Part shown: one piece after another, positions 11,211 through 21,834 of the stretch
Layout of the letters: the number at the start of each line of letters is the position of its first letter
Position numbering within the stretch: the stretch's first letter is position 1
Source of the DNA: Macrostomum hystrix
Lineage: Eukaryota; Animalia; Platyhelminthes
Assembly: GCA_950097015.1 (NCBI GenBank)
Contig: CATNEN010000034.1
Coordinates: forward strand, 5,952,001-6,016,000
Length of the DNA stretch: 64,000 bases
Direction: 5' to 3'
Notes under the pieces: model-generated
Seen by the model: only the letters and a program-made list of their open reading frames with translations
Told to the model about the DNA's origin: nothing
The model's database searches: none
Program-made: the position numbers and the translations under genes

Positions 11211-14200
11211 ATGACGAAAAAGCTTTTAAGTAAGTACAAATAAAACGGTATATGCTTATTTGTTCCTTTTTTGCTGTTTGTCGTAGCCTTTAAGCCTAAT
11301 CGTTTAGTTTGGCTTCTTTTTGAGTTCGAAAAAATAAATTTTGAATGATATCGTTATGTATTGTACACCGTCTTTAAAAATACATATAAACCTGTTAAAA
11401 CTTATTGGAGTTTACTGTTGACAAGTATGAACTCACTTAGCTGCAGAATGGGTCGGTTAAATCACACAATTATCTATTATCTCCCGCAAACTCTGGTTAG
11501 ACAATTTGCACTTCTAGCTCAGTCCTCCTAGCTGACCTTACGTAAAGCAGCAAGTTACTATTGAGCACTTTTATGAGAAGTCTAGCCACTCAGATTGCGA
11601 CTTGACTTAAACTTGTCAGCCTTTTGGAGTGTGGATTGACTCGGCTTCATGGCAGGTTGTACGCCAAACTAAAACTTGATGGATCCACAGTTTGTACGCC
11701 AAATGTAGACCAAATTTTTTCTGCCTTCCCTAACTGTACGCCACTATTCAATGAAAAGTTGAATAGTTTCCAACTCCAAGATACCAATAGTACACTATAT
11801 ACTATAATAGCTTTCGCTATCACTTTCAGTTTCAGTTTCAGCAGAGCTTGATGTTTCTTCAACTTGTGGTCTTTTTCTACTAGTAGACCTACTTGACATT
11901 GTGCTTTCAGCTGTACAGAGTTTGACAGAAACTCTAACTTTTAACTTTAGTCTTAACTTTTGTCTTAATGCCAGTCAGTTTCAGTTAGCTAATAATCTGT
12001 TAATCAGTTAGCATTAATCAGAAATAAGTTAATAGTTACCAAAAAAGGGCATATCGCAATTTAAATACAGTTATACCTATGTTATATATATCCATGTTAT
12101 TCTGCAAGCAAGTAAAGTATATATTATGCCTCTAGAGTCTAGCAGCGGGTTTTATTAGAATATTAAATTATTCAATAGAACAATAGATGGGAATATATTT
12201 GGTAAAAGTGAATGCATTTGTAAAATAAATTCCATTTTTTTATTATTGTGCAAATTCCTAAAAAATACCGATGTTTATATACATTACATTGCAAGTTGCA
12301 ACAGCAACAGCATGTACGCCACTCACGCCAATAGGTAGGGCCCAATTTTTGGTTGTATGCCAATGTACACCAATAGGGTTAGCAAGGGGTGACTGTATGC
12401 CAAATTAATTTGGCATACAGGCCATAATCTGGACTATGGCTCGGCTTGACTTAGCAACAGCTTTTTGATGAATGTCTGTTGGCACTTTCAAAAGTCAATG
12501 CTCTGATACACAGATGCTAGGTGGCTTGGCAAATGCTTTGGATTATTTATAGGACACTTTGTCATCTTAAATATTTGTTATCTGGGTTCTTGGTCAAGGA
12601 AGTGTCCAGGATCTTTGAGAGTAGAAGATGGTGGATGACAAAGTGACTTATATTTGTGGACACTTTGTCATCTTTGTAACTTATAACTTGGTTTTCAAAG
12701 TTTTTTTTCAGTTTTTGCACTCCTTTTTATTCATATTATTTTAATTATTATTGGTGGGCAGCTTAGATTTAGTAGGCAAGTTCGGTACCTAGACACTTTG
12801 TCATCTTACAACTTCGTCATCCAGATGACGATCTGTCCAGTATCTCAGAGGATGGATGACAAAGAGACTTAGACTTGTGGACACTTTGTCATCTATAAAA
12901 CAAGTTTTCAAAGTTAGAACAGAACCACCCCTCCCCACCCCTCCTCACATCATGTTGGCACCTATCCTTCAACTCTTATAATGAAATCAGTTGCGACACC
13001 TTTTTTTTGACAATTTAGAGTGTGAAGTGTGTTTATACCTCTGCCCCACCACCCCACCCTCACTCTATTGATGACAAACTAGATTGCTTGTTATTAGTAG
13101 ATGATGAACTGACCAAACTTTAAAGCATGCCAATTGGCTGGATGACGAAGTGTCCTACCTTCCAAGTGGATGACGAAGTTGTAAGATGACTAGTGTCTAG
13201 GATCCGGCAAGTTCTATATTATAACTTTTTGCACAAAGTTCATGGACATGTGCTTTGGAAGTGTAAAATTTTGGCTCAAATAAGTGTGGCATGTAGCTAA
13301 CAACAGCTTTGGCCTATGCAACCCTATAGGAAAAAAAGTGGGGCTGTGTAGCATTGTACCAAGCTATACCACCTGATTGTGGGCCACGCCAACCAAAATA
13401 AAAAAACATACTAGACATGTGCCTATAAAAATTTAGTTTTTTCCTATTAGAGGCAAGTTGAACATGCCAAAAAGTTATTAATTAAAAAACAGGGTTGAAC
13501 TTTTTTGGTTGTGATGTCTTGTTGCAATTTTAAGTAGAAATTGTAGCTAATTAGCTCCAAGACTAATCGAGAGTTAAAAAAATTAAACTGAAAAACAATT
13601 TAGTGCCTCGATGTGCAACTTATTCTAATTGCTATACACTTAATCGCTTCATCATTGATTAATCGATACAGTTTTAATACATTCATAATAAAAAATACTG
13701 CCTAATATCACATACAGAGAGTCGCAGTAAGCGCACATCATGTCGGCAGAAGTACAAAGTGCAAAAGAAGGTTAAAGAGCACTTGCGAAAAGTCAAGAAG
13801 GAAGCTAGGAAAAACCCGAAACGCAAGAGTAAGTCTGAATTGCTTTATGTTTTATATAGATTGAATTTCATGGTATCCTGTTTGGCATGACATGTTCAAT
13901 TGTTACTATGCAGAGAAGGATCCTGGCGTGCCTAATTCGCTGCCATTCAAAGCTGAAGTGCTTCAACAGGCTGAAGCCATGCGAGCCGCCGGTCAAGCCG
14001 AAAAGAAGGCTGCGGCCGATCTTCAACGCCTGCTAGCCAGCGCCCAGCAGCGTCAGCGGCAGCACGAACGCAAACAGGGCGCGGCTAAGGCCTCCGCCTT
14101 GGCCGCCGGGCCGCCGGCAGAGCTTGTGGAACGATCCGCGAAGGCCTTTCATCGAGAGTTTACGAAGGTTTGAAATTCCTGGATTCTGAAACTGAAGTAG

Positions 14201-16888
14201 TAGCCATGTTCTACAGTGTGTAGAGACTGAATTGGACCATGCCATCTTCGCACTGAAGGTGATCACTTCAGCTGATGTACTCCTAGAGGTGCTGGACGCT
14301 CGAGACCCACTCGGAAGTCGGTGCCGCGAACTCGAAGAGGCCGTTCTAAGCCGATCGGACAAGCGGCTAGTGCTGGTGTTAAACAAAGCTGATCTGGTAC
14401 CGCGAGAAGTGCTCAAGCGTTGGGTTGCTCACCTGAGACGTGAGCTGCCGTGCGTGGCTTTTCGGTGCTCAACTCAAGCCCAGAAAGCTAGAATCGGACA
14501 GCGAAGGTTAGTCCTTACTGCACTGGCGTTTGCAGTTGGTTGATAACCTTTAGCCCAGATTCTGTACACCAGCCCAGATTCTGTACACCAGCCCAGATTC
14601 TGTATACCAGCCCAGATTCTGTACACCAGCCCAGATTCTGTATACCAGCCCAGATTCTGTATACCAGCTCAGATTCTGTACACCAGCTCAGATTCTGTAC
14701 ACCAGCCCAGATTCTGTACACCAGCTCAGATTCTGTACACCAGCCCAGATTCTGTATACCAGCCCAGATTCTGTATACCAGCTCAGATTCTGTATACCAG
14801 CTCAGATTCTGTACACCAGCTCAGATTCTGTACACCAGCTCAGATTCTGTATACCAGCCCAGATTCTGTACACCAGCTCAGATTCTGTACACCAGCCCAG
14901 ATTCTGTACACCAGCTCAGATTCTGTACACCAGCCCAGATTCTGTATACCAGCCCAGATTCTGTATACCAGCTCAGATTCTGTATACCAGCTCAGATTCT
15001 GTACACCAGCCCAGATTCTGTACACCAGCCCAGATTCTGTACACCAGCCCAGATTCTGTACACCAGCTCAGATTCTGTACACCAGCCCAGATTCTGTATA
15101 CCAGCCCAGATTCTGTATACCAGCTCAGATTCTGTATACCAGCTCAGATTCTGTACACCAGCTCAGATTCTGTACACCAGCTCAGATTCTGTATACCAGC
15201 CCAGATTCTGTACACCAGCTCAGATTCTGTACACCAGAACAGGTTCCGTACACGGGCTCAGATTCTAAGCTTCTATGCAATAGTAGATTGTGCCTTGCAT
15301 CAACTAATAAAGTGATGAATCGATAATGTTAAGATACCTTCCCATTGCTTATATAGGCACGGCGACGCCACAGACGCCGCTGCTGACTCAACCGACGCCG
15401 CAGCCGGTGGCAGTCGAGCGGCCGGCGTGGACCAGCTGCTCGGCCTGCTGGCCAATTATTGTCGCGGCCGGGGCAGCGGCGGTGTCGGCATCGGCGGCAG
15501 CGTAGTTGTCGGAGTGGTAGGCTATCCCAACACTGGCAAATCGTCGCTTATCAATTCTTTGAAGCGCGCCAGAGTCTGTCCAACCGGCGCCACGCCCGGC
15601 CTAACCCGCGTCAGCCAGGAGGTGGCTCTGGATAAGCGCATTCGCCTGCTGGACTGTCCGGGAGTTGTTCTGGCCAGCGGAGCTCCGGCGGCCCAACTGA
15701 TTCTGCGCAATTGCGTCCGCGTTGAAACCATCGACGATCCGCTGCCGGCTGTGCAGGTGATCTTTGAGCGCTGCGCCCGCGAGAAACTCATGGTCTTTTA
15801 TTCCCTGCCAATGTTCAATACGGCCGAAGAGTTTCTAGTCATGCTGGCTAAACGCATGGGCAAGCTGAAGAAAGGCGGCCTACCGGATGCAGCTGCCGCT
15901 GGGCGAAAGGTGAGTTAACTAGCGTCAGGGATTAGTCATTTCGATTTTAGATTCGGGATTTAGGTACAGATTATAGATCTATGATTTGGATGTAAGATTC
16001 AGGATCTGGGATTTGATAAAGATATTTTAGATCTAGGATTTGAGCGTAGGAATATTTGTCTGGGATTTTAGTTCATTGGTTTTATTTTTAGGATTCAGGT
16101 CATTTTTTACTTGATATTTTGTCAAGGTACTATAATATCAAGGAGTTCCGCATACCATATTAGTATATGAATTTTTGTTCGCATTTTTACAATCCTTTTG
16201 TCGCAAATGATTTTCAAAAGAACTATTGTGCCATAAAAATATATTCCCTATACAACCACCAAAGGTGCTGAACGATTGGTCCAGCGGCCGTCTAACCTAC
16301 TACACCCTGCCACCGGATACTCCGCCGGCTCAGTCAGCCAGCCAGCTGCAGCTTGTCAGCCAGTGGGCCAAGGAGTTCAGTCTGGACACTGTAGATTTGT
16401 TGCCTAGCGAAGCGGACGGCGGCGGCGATTCGCTTGGCCGAACGCCCGACGCTATGGACGCCGTGGTGACGCCGTTGCCGTCCGTTGCTATGGCAACGCC
16501 AAACGATACCGAGGAAGATAAACAGGTTGAAGAAGAAGAAGCAGATGACGATGACGAAGAAGATGAAGCCATGGAGACGGATGATGAAGATGAAAATCTA
16601 GTAGTTGACGCCAGCGAGGCCGTCAAATCGTCCGAGGCTCAGGAGGCGGCTCGGGAGGCCAAATTTCGCGCCGTCATGGCCGGCGCTCAGCAGAATCGCT
16701 CCCTCCGACAGCAGGCCAAGAAGGCGCGCAAGAAGGCCAAACGGCTGGATAGAAATGCGGGCAGATTAGGCGGCGAATTTGAAGCAAAAATGGACACTGT
16801 GCTAGACAGCCTGGCTGGATTTGCTGGCACAGAAGCCAAGTCAACAGGAGCCTACGATTTCAATAAGCACTTTCCGCCCAGGAAATGA
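11211..16888 (+). CDS. GNL3: Nucleostemin / GNL3-family circularly permuted nucleolar GTPase; join(11211..11229,13718..13828,13914..14167,14259..14506,15357..15909,16265..16888), 602 aa
   Basis: N-terminus [31 protein letters not shown]...[12 protein letters not shown] (GN3L_Grn1-type domain). Permuted G motifs [22 protein letters not shown] and DCPG; [14 protein letters not shown]; acidic C-terminal tail. All junctions are GT-AG with matching phases. The 19-nt exon 1 (ATG...A|GTAAGT) is the least certain. GNL3 versus GNL3L cannot be resolved by eye. Confidence 0.92.
12784..13205. mobile_element. 422-bp MITE with about 40-bp TIRs and a perfect 9-bp TSD (Mutator- or Merlin-like), in GNL3 intron 1
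   Basis: Left end GGTACCTAGACACTTTGTCATCTTACAACTTCGTCATCCA; right end (reverse complement) GGATCCTAGACACTAGTCATCTTACAACTTCGTCATCCA. TSD GGCAAGTTC at 12775-12783 and 13206-13214. Confidence 0.9.
14551..15266. repeat. 19-bp tandem repeat (AGCCCAGATTCTGTACACC)n filling GNL3 intron 4
   Basis: Directly visible between donor 14507 and acceptor 15356. Confidence 0.97.
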
Positions 16889-17262
16889 GCCGGCTGCATT
16901 CTTTGTCTCGCTTGCATTTTTAATTCAATGCGGAACCGTTGACAAAATGGTTTTTTGGATTTTGCAAAAAGAAGTAAAATGTCTACATCTACTACTCACT
17001 TGAGCTAATATCAGTAGCATCGTAGAGATAGGGATTTTTCTCTAAAAATTGTGCTCCTTTTCAAATGTTGTTGCTAGCCGCCGATTGATTTGAGAGAATT
17101 TGGAACAGAAAAAATGTGTGAAAAATGTCGCAACTAGTTTTTGTTCAGCGTTTGGAATCGTTTGTCTTTAATTGTTTTTTTTTAGAATGGAAAATGACGC
17201 TAAAATTAGGACCAGATTAGCCGCAGTTATTTTACACGCATCCAAAGACTGACTGTGTAAAG

Positions 17263-18121
17263 CAGGGGTCGGCAAACTTATTAGCTAGCGGGCCAAAGAA
17301 AACCTAAAGGACGACAGCGGGCCGCATCGACAGTTGAAATATGAGATAGGGGAGAGATGAGACAGGGGAGATATGAGACACAGGAGATATGAGACAGCGG
17401 AGATATGAGACAGCGGAGATATGAGACACAGGAGATATGAGACAGCGGAGATATGAGACACAGGAGATATGAGATACAGGAAAGATGAGACAAACGAGAG
17501 ATAAGACAGCGGAGAGATGAGACGGGAGAGATCAGACACAGGAGATATGAGACAGCGGAGAGATGAGACACGGGAGATATGAGACACAGGAGATATGAGA
17601 CAGCGGAGATATGAGACACAGGAGAGATGAGACTCAGGAGATATGAGACACAGGAGATATGAGACACAGGAGATATGAGACTCAGGAGATATGAGACACA
17701 GGAGATATGAGACACAGGAGATATGAGACAGCGGAGATATGAGACACAGGAGATATGAGACAGCGGAGATATGAGATACAGGAAAGATGAGACAAACGAG
17801 AGATAAGACAGCGGATAGATGAGACGGGAGAGATCAGACACAGGAGATATGAGACAGCGGAGATATGAGATACAGGAGAGATGAGACAAACGAGAGATGA
17901 GACACAGGAGAGATGAGACAAACGAGAGATGAGACACAGGAGAGATGAGACTGGGGAAATATGAGACTGCGGAGAGATGAGACACAAGAGAGATGAAACA
18001 GCGGAGAGATGAGACGGAAAAGATAAAACAGGATACTATAGGTGTCTGAAGGGGTAAAAGGCCGGATTTGGGAGCTTTAAGGGCCGCATCTAGCCCGCGG
18101 GCCGGAGTTTGCCGACCCCTG
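17263..18121. mobile_element. 859-bp non-autonomous hAT element (MITE) with 16-bp TIRs and 8-bp TSD, carrying an internal satellite array
   Basis: TIR CAGGGGTCGGCAAACT ... AGTTTGCCGACCCCTG; TSD GTGTAAAG at 17255-17262 and 18122-18129; subterminal GCGGGCC motifs typical of hAT elements. Confidence 0.95.
17341..18025. repeat. GAGATATGAGACAC-family minisatellite inside the hAT MITE
   Basis: Units such as GGAGATATGAGACACA and GGAGATATGAGACAGC. Confidence 0.95.
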
Positions 18122-18430
18122 GTGTAAAGTGCGCCCAGTCCATGGACTGGTTTCCCTCAAGGCTGAGATTTGGGACCCTCGATCTCTCAATTTGGAATAT
18201 TATCTATATAGCTTATCTATAGATTTTAACTTTAAAAAAATTGTCTTTACAAAAAATGTCGCAATTTTATTTCAGATTTCTATCCAGCTGTCCTGCTAGT
18301 AGCGTGTTTCATGATTAGCATGTTTTAAACATCGCAACTGATTCAGTGCATTGCTCAGACTTGATTTGAACTGATCAGAAGCCTAGACCAATCAATCACA
18401 GACAAGTGGACAAGCGTACATCAAGGACAC

Positions 18431-20070
18431 ATGAGCCTGCTCTGTCCGTGCACCTCCAGCCGAAGCAGCGGTCGGGAGGCCAAGTACAATGCTAATTCAG
18501 CTGGCGCTGGCCCCAGCAGCTCCGGTGGCGGCGGCGGCGGCGACGGCGCTGTCACACGCGGCGGTCGAAAGCTGACACCTAAAGAGATTAGCGACCAGAT
18601 TGACGAACAGATTAGACAGGATAAGCGGCGGCGCAGGCAGGAGCGCCGGATTCTGTTGCTAGGCACAGCGGCCAGCGGCAAAAGTACTTTCCTGCGCTCC
18701 CTGCGCATCATCCACCAGGATAAGTTTGATGAACGGGTGCGTTGAAAATTTGTGTCTGCCAAGTCTTTGTTCATATATGTCAATTCTATGTTCATATCTG
18801 CCAAGTGTGCGTTCATATCTGCCAAGTGTGTGTTCACTTCTGCCAAGTCTGTGTTCATATCTGCCAAGTCTGTGTTCATATCTGCCAAGTCTGTGTTCAT
18901 ATCTGCCAAGTCTGTGTTCATATCTGCCAAGTCTTTGTTCATATCTGCCAATTCTTTGTTCATATCTGCCAAGTCTGTGTTCATATCTGCCAAGTCATAT
19001 TTTCCCGGATTTGCTATCGCGTCTCCCAATCCCATTATTCATAACTGGGAGAATCTGCCTACTGGGATAAAACCGCAAACCGGTTTTCCACCTGGCAGGA
19101 GATTCGCAGCTTCCAAGCCGTCATCTATGCCAACGTGTGGCGCGGAGTCATGAAGCTGCTGTTCATCAAGAAGCAGTTGGGCATCAAGTGGGAGAACTCC
19201 AAGCCTGGCATCGCCGCAGTCAAAGCTATGCTAGCTCTGGAAAGCGAAATCGGCCAGGCCAATGTAGTGACTTGCAACATCAGCGAGGACCATTTCCTCC
19301 GAGCTGCTCCGCACATCCACACCCTGTGGAGCGACGCCGGCGTGCGCGAATCCTTTGAGCGACGGCACAGCGTCCAGGGTGACGAAGAATTTCGCGATGT
19401 TGGCGAAAATCTCGATTATTATTTGAATCAATTGGATAAGATCGCTCTGCCCGGCTACCGGCCAACTCAGGATCACATTCTGCACTCGCGTCGCTTCACC
19501 GACTCCGTGTTCGAGAAGCCTCTGATGTACAATAGCGTGCCGCTTCTTATCATCGACATTGGCGGCCACACCAACGAGAGACGCAAATGGGCTAAAACCC
19601 TCAAAGTGTTTCGCGGCGAATTACAATCCGTCATCTACATCATTGCCTGCTCAACTTTCAATGAGTTCTATACTAAGCCAGCTACTGGCGAGCTCATTAA
19701 TAAATTAGACGAGAGCTTCGACTGTCTGCGTCACCTTCTGGAGATCAAAACTGAATTATTCACACCCGACATGAGTCTGATTGTATTCTTTAACAAGGAC
19801 GACCTTTTCACCTACAAGATTGAAACTCTGCATATTAATTACGGCCAATTCGATACCACATTCGATTCTCAGCGCTACGATCCCACTAATCTGGGTCACG
19901 TGCGCGAGCACCTCCTGCGCCGACTAAACTCCGTGCTAACCGCCAATGTGCAGCTGAAAAAGTACATTCACTTTACTACTTCTATCGATCTGAGCAATGT
20001 GCGCCGCGTATTCAAGGACGTCCAGGACACGGTTATGCACAATTTCATCCGAGAGGCACTGCCAACCTGA
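18431..20070 (+). CDS. Divergent heterotrimeric G-protein alpha subunit (most G12/13-like by eye); join(18431..18736,19099..20070), 425 aa
   Basis: ILLLGTAASGKSTFLRSLRIIH (G1), LHSRRFTDSVFE (switch I), DIGGHTNERRKW (G3/switch II), FFNKDD (G4), HFTTSIDLSNVRRVF (G5). Phase-0 intron CGG|GTGCGT...GGCAG|GAG. Cys5 and Cys7 are candidate palmitoylation sites; there is no Gly2. Confidence 0.93.
18755..18997. repeat. 21-bp tandem repeat (TCTGCCAAGTCTGTGTTCATA)n in the G-alpha intron
   Basis: Directly visible between donor 18737 and acceptor 19098. Confidence 0.95.
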
Positions 20071-20420
20071 ATTTAATCAATCTTGCTAATTCAATGCGCT
20101 AACAATTTGATAGAGAGATCATCATTACTATTGGCTTAGAGATGTATTGCTTCGAACACAATCTAGCGAAGGCTAGCGAAGTTTCTGTTTTGCTTCTAGT
20201 TATTATTATTTTCATGTGCTTTTGTACGTGGGCAGTGTTGCCATTTGGAACAATCGACTGATGATGATAGATGTTTTGAGAAAAAATAGAGGAATAATCA
20301 AATTTCAGGTCTTCTGCATACTCTGCCGCAGACAGTTTACGATGGCTTCTATAAAATGACTTAAATTGATTGCAGTACAGCCCTACCAGATCATCAGGTT
20401 ATTGGTACCACAGCATTTAA

Positions 20421-20552
20421 CATGCTTTAGTACTCGCGTACTTAAGTGCTCGCGTACTTGAGTACTCGCGTACTTGAGTACTCACGTACATGAGTACCCG
20501 CGTACTTCATGAATCGCCAATTTAAATTCTTCAGTACTGAACTGCAGTTGAG
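20421..20552. repeat. Dispersed short element built from 16-bp semi-palindromic units (CTTGAGTACTCGCGTA), copy 1
   Basis: Homologous to 27238-27400, including the TCGCCAATTTAAAT tail. Flanked by the direct repeat TACCAGATCATCAGGTTA (20384-20401 and 20553-20570). Confidence 0.8.
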
Positions 20553-21834
20553 TACCAGATCATCAGGTTACTAGCACCACCGCCCTAAGAACAGATAAAT
20601 AAGATACGTAAAAAGTAGAATAAAAAGTTTTGCAGCACTGCCCAGTCTACTCATGTTGTTCTAGCTTCCCCTGGTGTTACTGTATGTTTTATGGCATGAA
20701 TTTACTCAGTAAAACAGTTTCGCTGTTCAGTACTTATTGTTCATTTCTGCCTACTTTATGTCGCTATTCGCTTATATTGTGGGGCTTTGCTTTAAAACAA
20801 TTTTTAGCGTTTTTATCAAGCAGATTTGTCACTTTACGTTGTTAAGTCGCGTTGATAACCAACATGCAGGTATATAAACTATAATCCTATGTTTTATAAT
20901 TCACCATTTTTGTAAGTACGAAGCACAATTAGATAATATGATTGTATTGTTTTGTACGCACAATAAGTACCCCTTTCCTGTAATAAAAATAGCTTTATAA
21001 CAAAATTATTTCATTTGTTATCTTGTAGAAATCAAGTTGATGACTTCAATTATCTGTTCCACTCGTATTATTTTCTGGCTCATTATTTATTTTTTTGCAA
21101 GAAAACAATTCTTTAGATATCTATGACGCCAATATTACAAAAGCATCGATTATTTATATTAAAACTCAATAAAAAAAATTTTGCACAAGAAGTTGAATAT
21201 GAAAACATATTTTCAATACAATCTGAGATAGTATTCATTTTAATGCACCGCTAATCTATTAAGTTGACTTTCTTTCGTTGGTACTACTTACAAGTATAGT
21301 AGTTAACGTACGTAAAACTTATTATTAAAATTTATCGTACCGCGAATTAGTTAGAATTATAGATTTATAATTTTTTAGTCACTCGTTAGTTTGAAGTAAA
21401 TTCTCGATTATTTTTCTAATTTCCCTTGCCCAACAATGAAACATTTAGGCTATTTTATGTGCTTTGCGAGAGTCCAAAAACTATTTCGGTTGTTTTTTTG
21501 AAATGCGTTTCAATGTACAAGACGCATGTATTTTTTAACCAGTTTTTTATTCTAATCGTAGCATTAAACCAAGGAATTTATTGCTATTACTTGGCCTTCA
21601 CATGATCAGTTTTTTAAATGTCTCTGTGTCAGTTTTTGCGTGTGTAATTTGATGTAACATGAAAATTGCTGTGCGACAATTCACTGTGCTACTGCTTATA
21701 TTTTTATTATATCTACATATTTATATATAATATTGTGAACAGAGTAAGCCAGCTTTCATTAATAATAATTCAATTCTATTTCTTTCTTTTTTTAAAAAGT
21801 GTCTTACATCCCTCAATGCCGAAAGTTCCCTCAT

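Noticed and set aside
7130-15266. Shared GCCCAGATTC core between the 23-bp and 19-bp arrays
   Set aside because: A 10-bp match among about 20 arrays is not enough to claim common origin without a genome-wide test.
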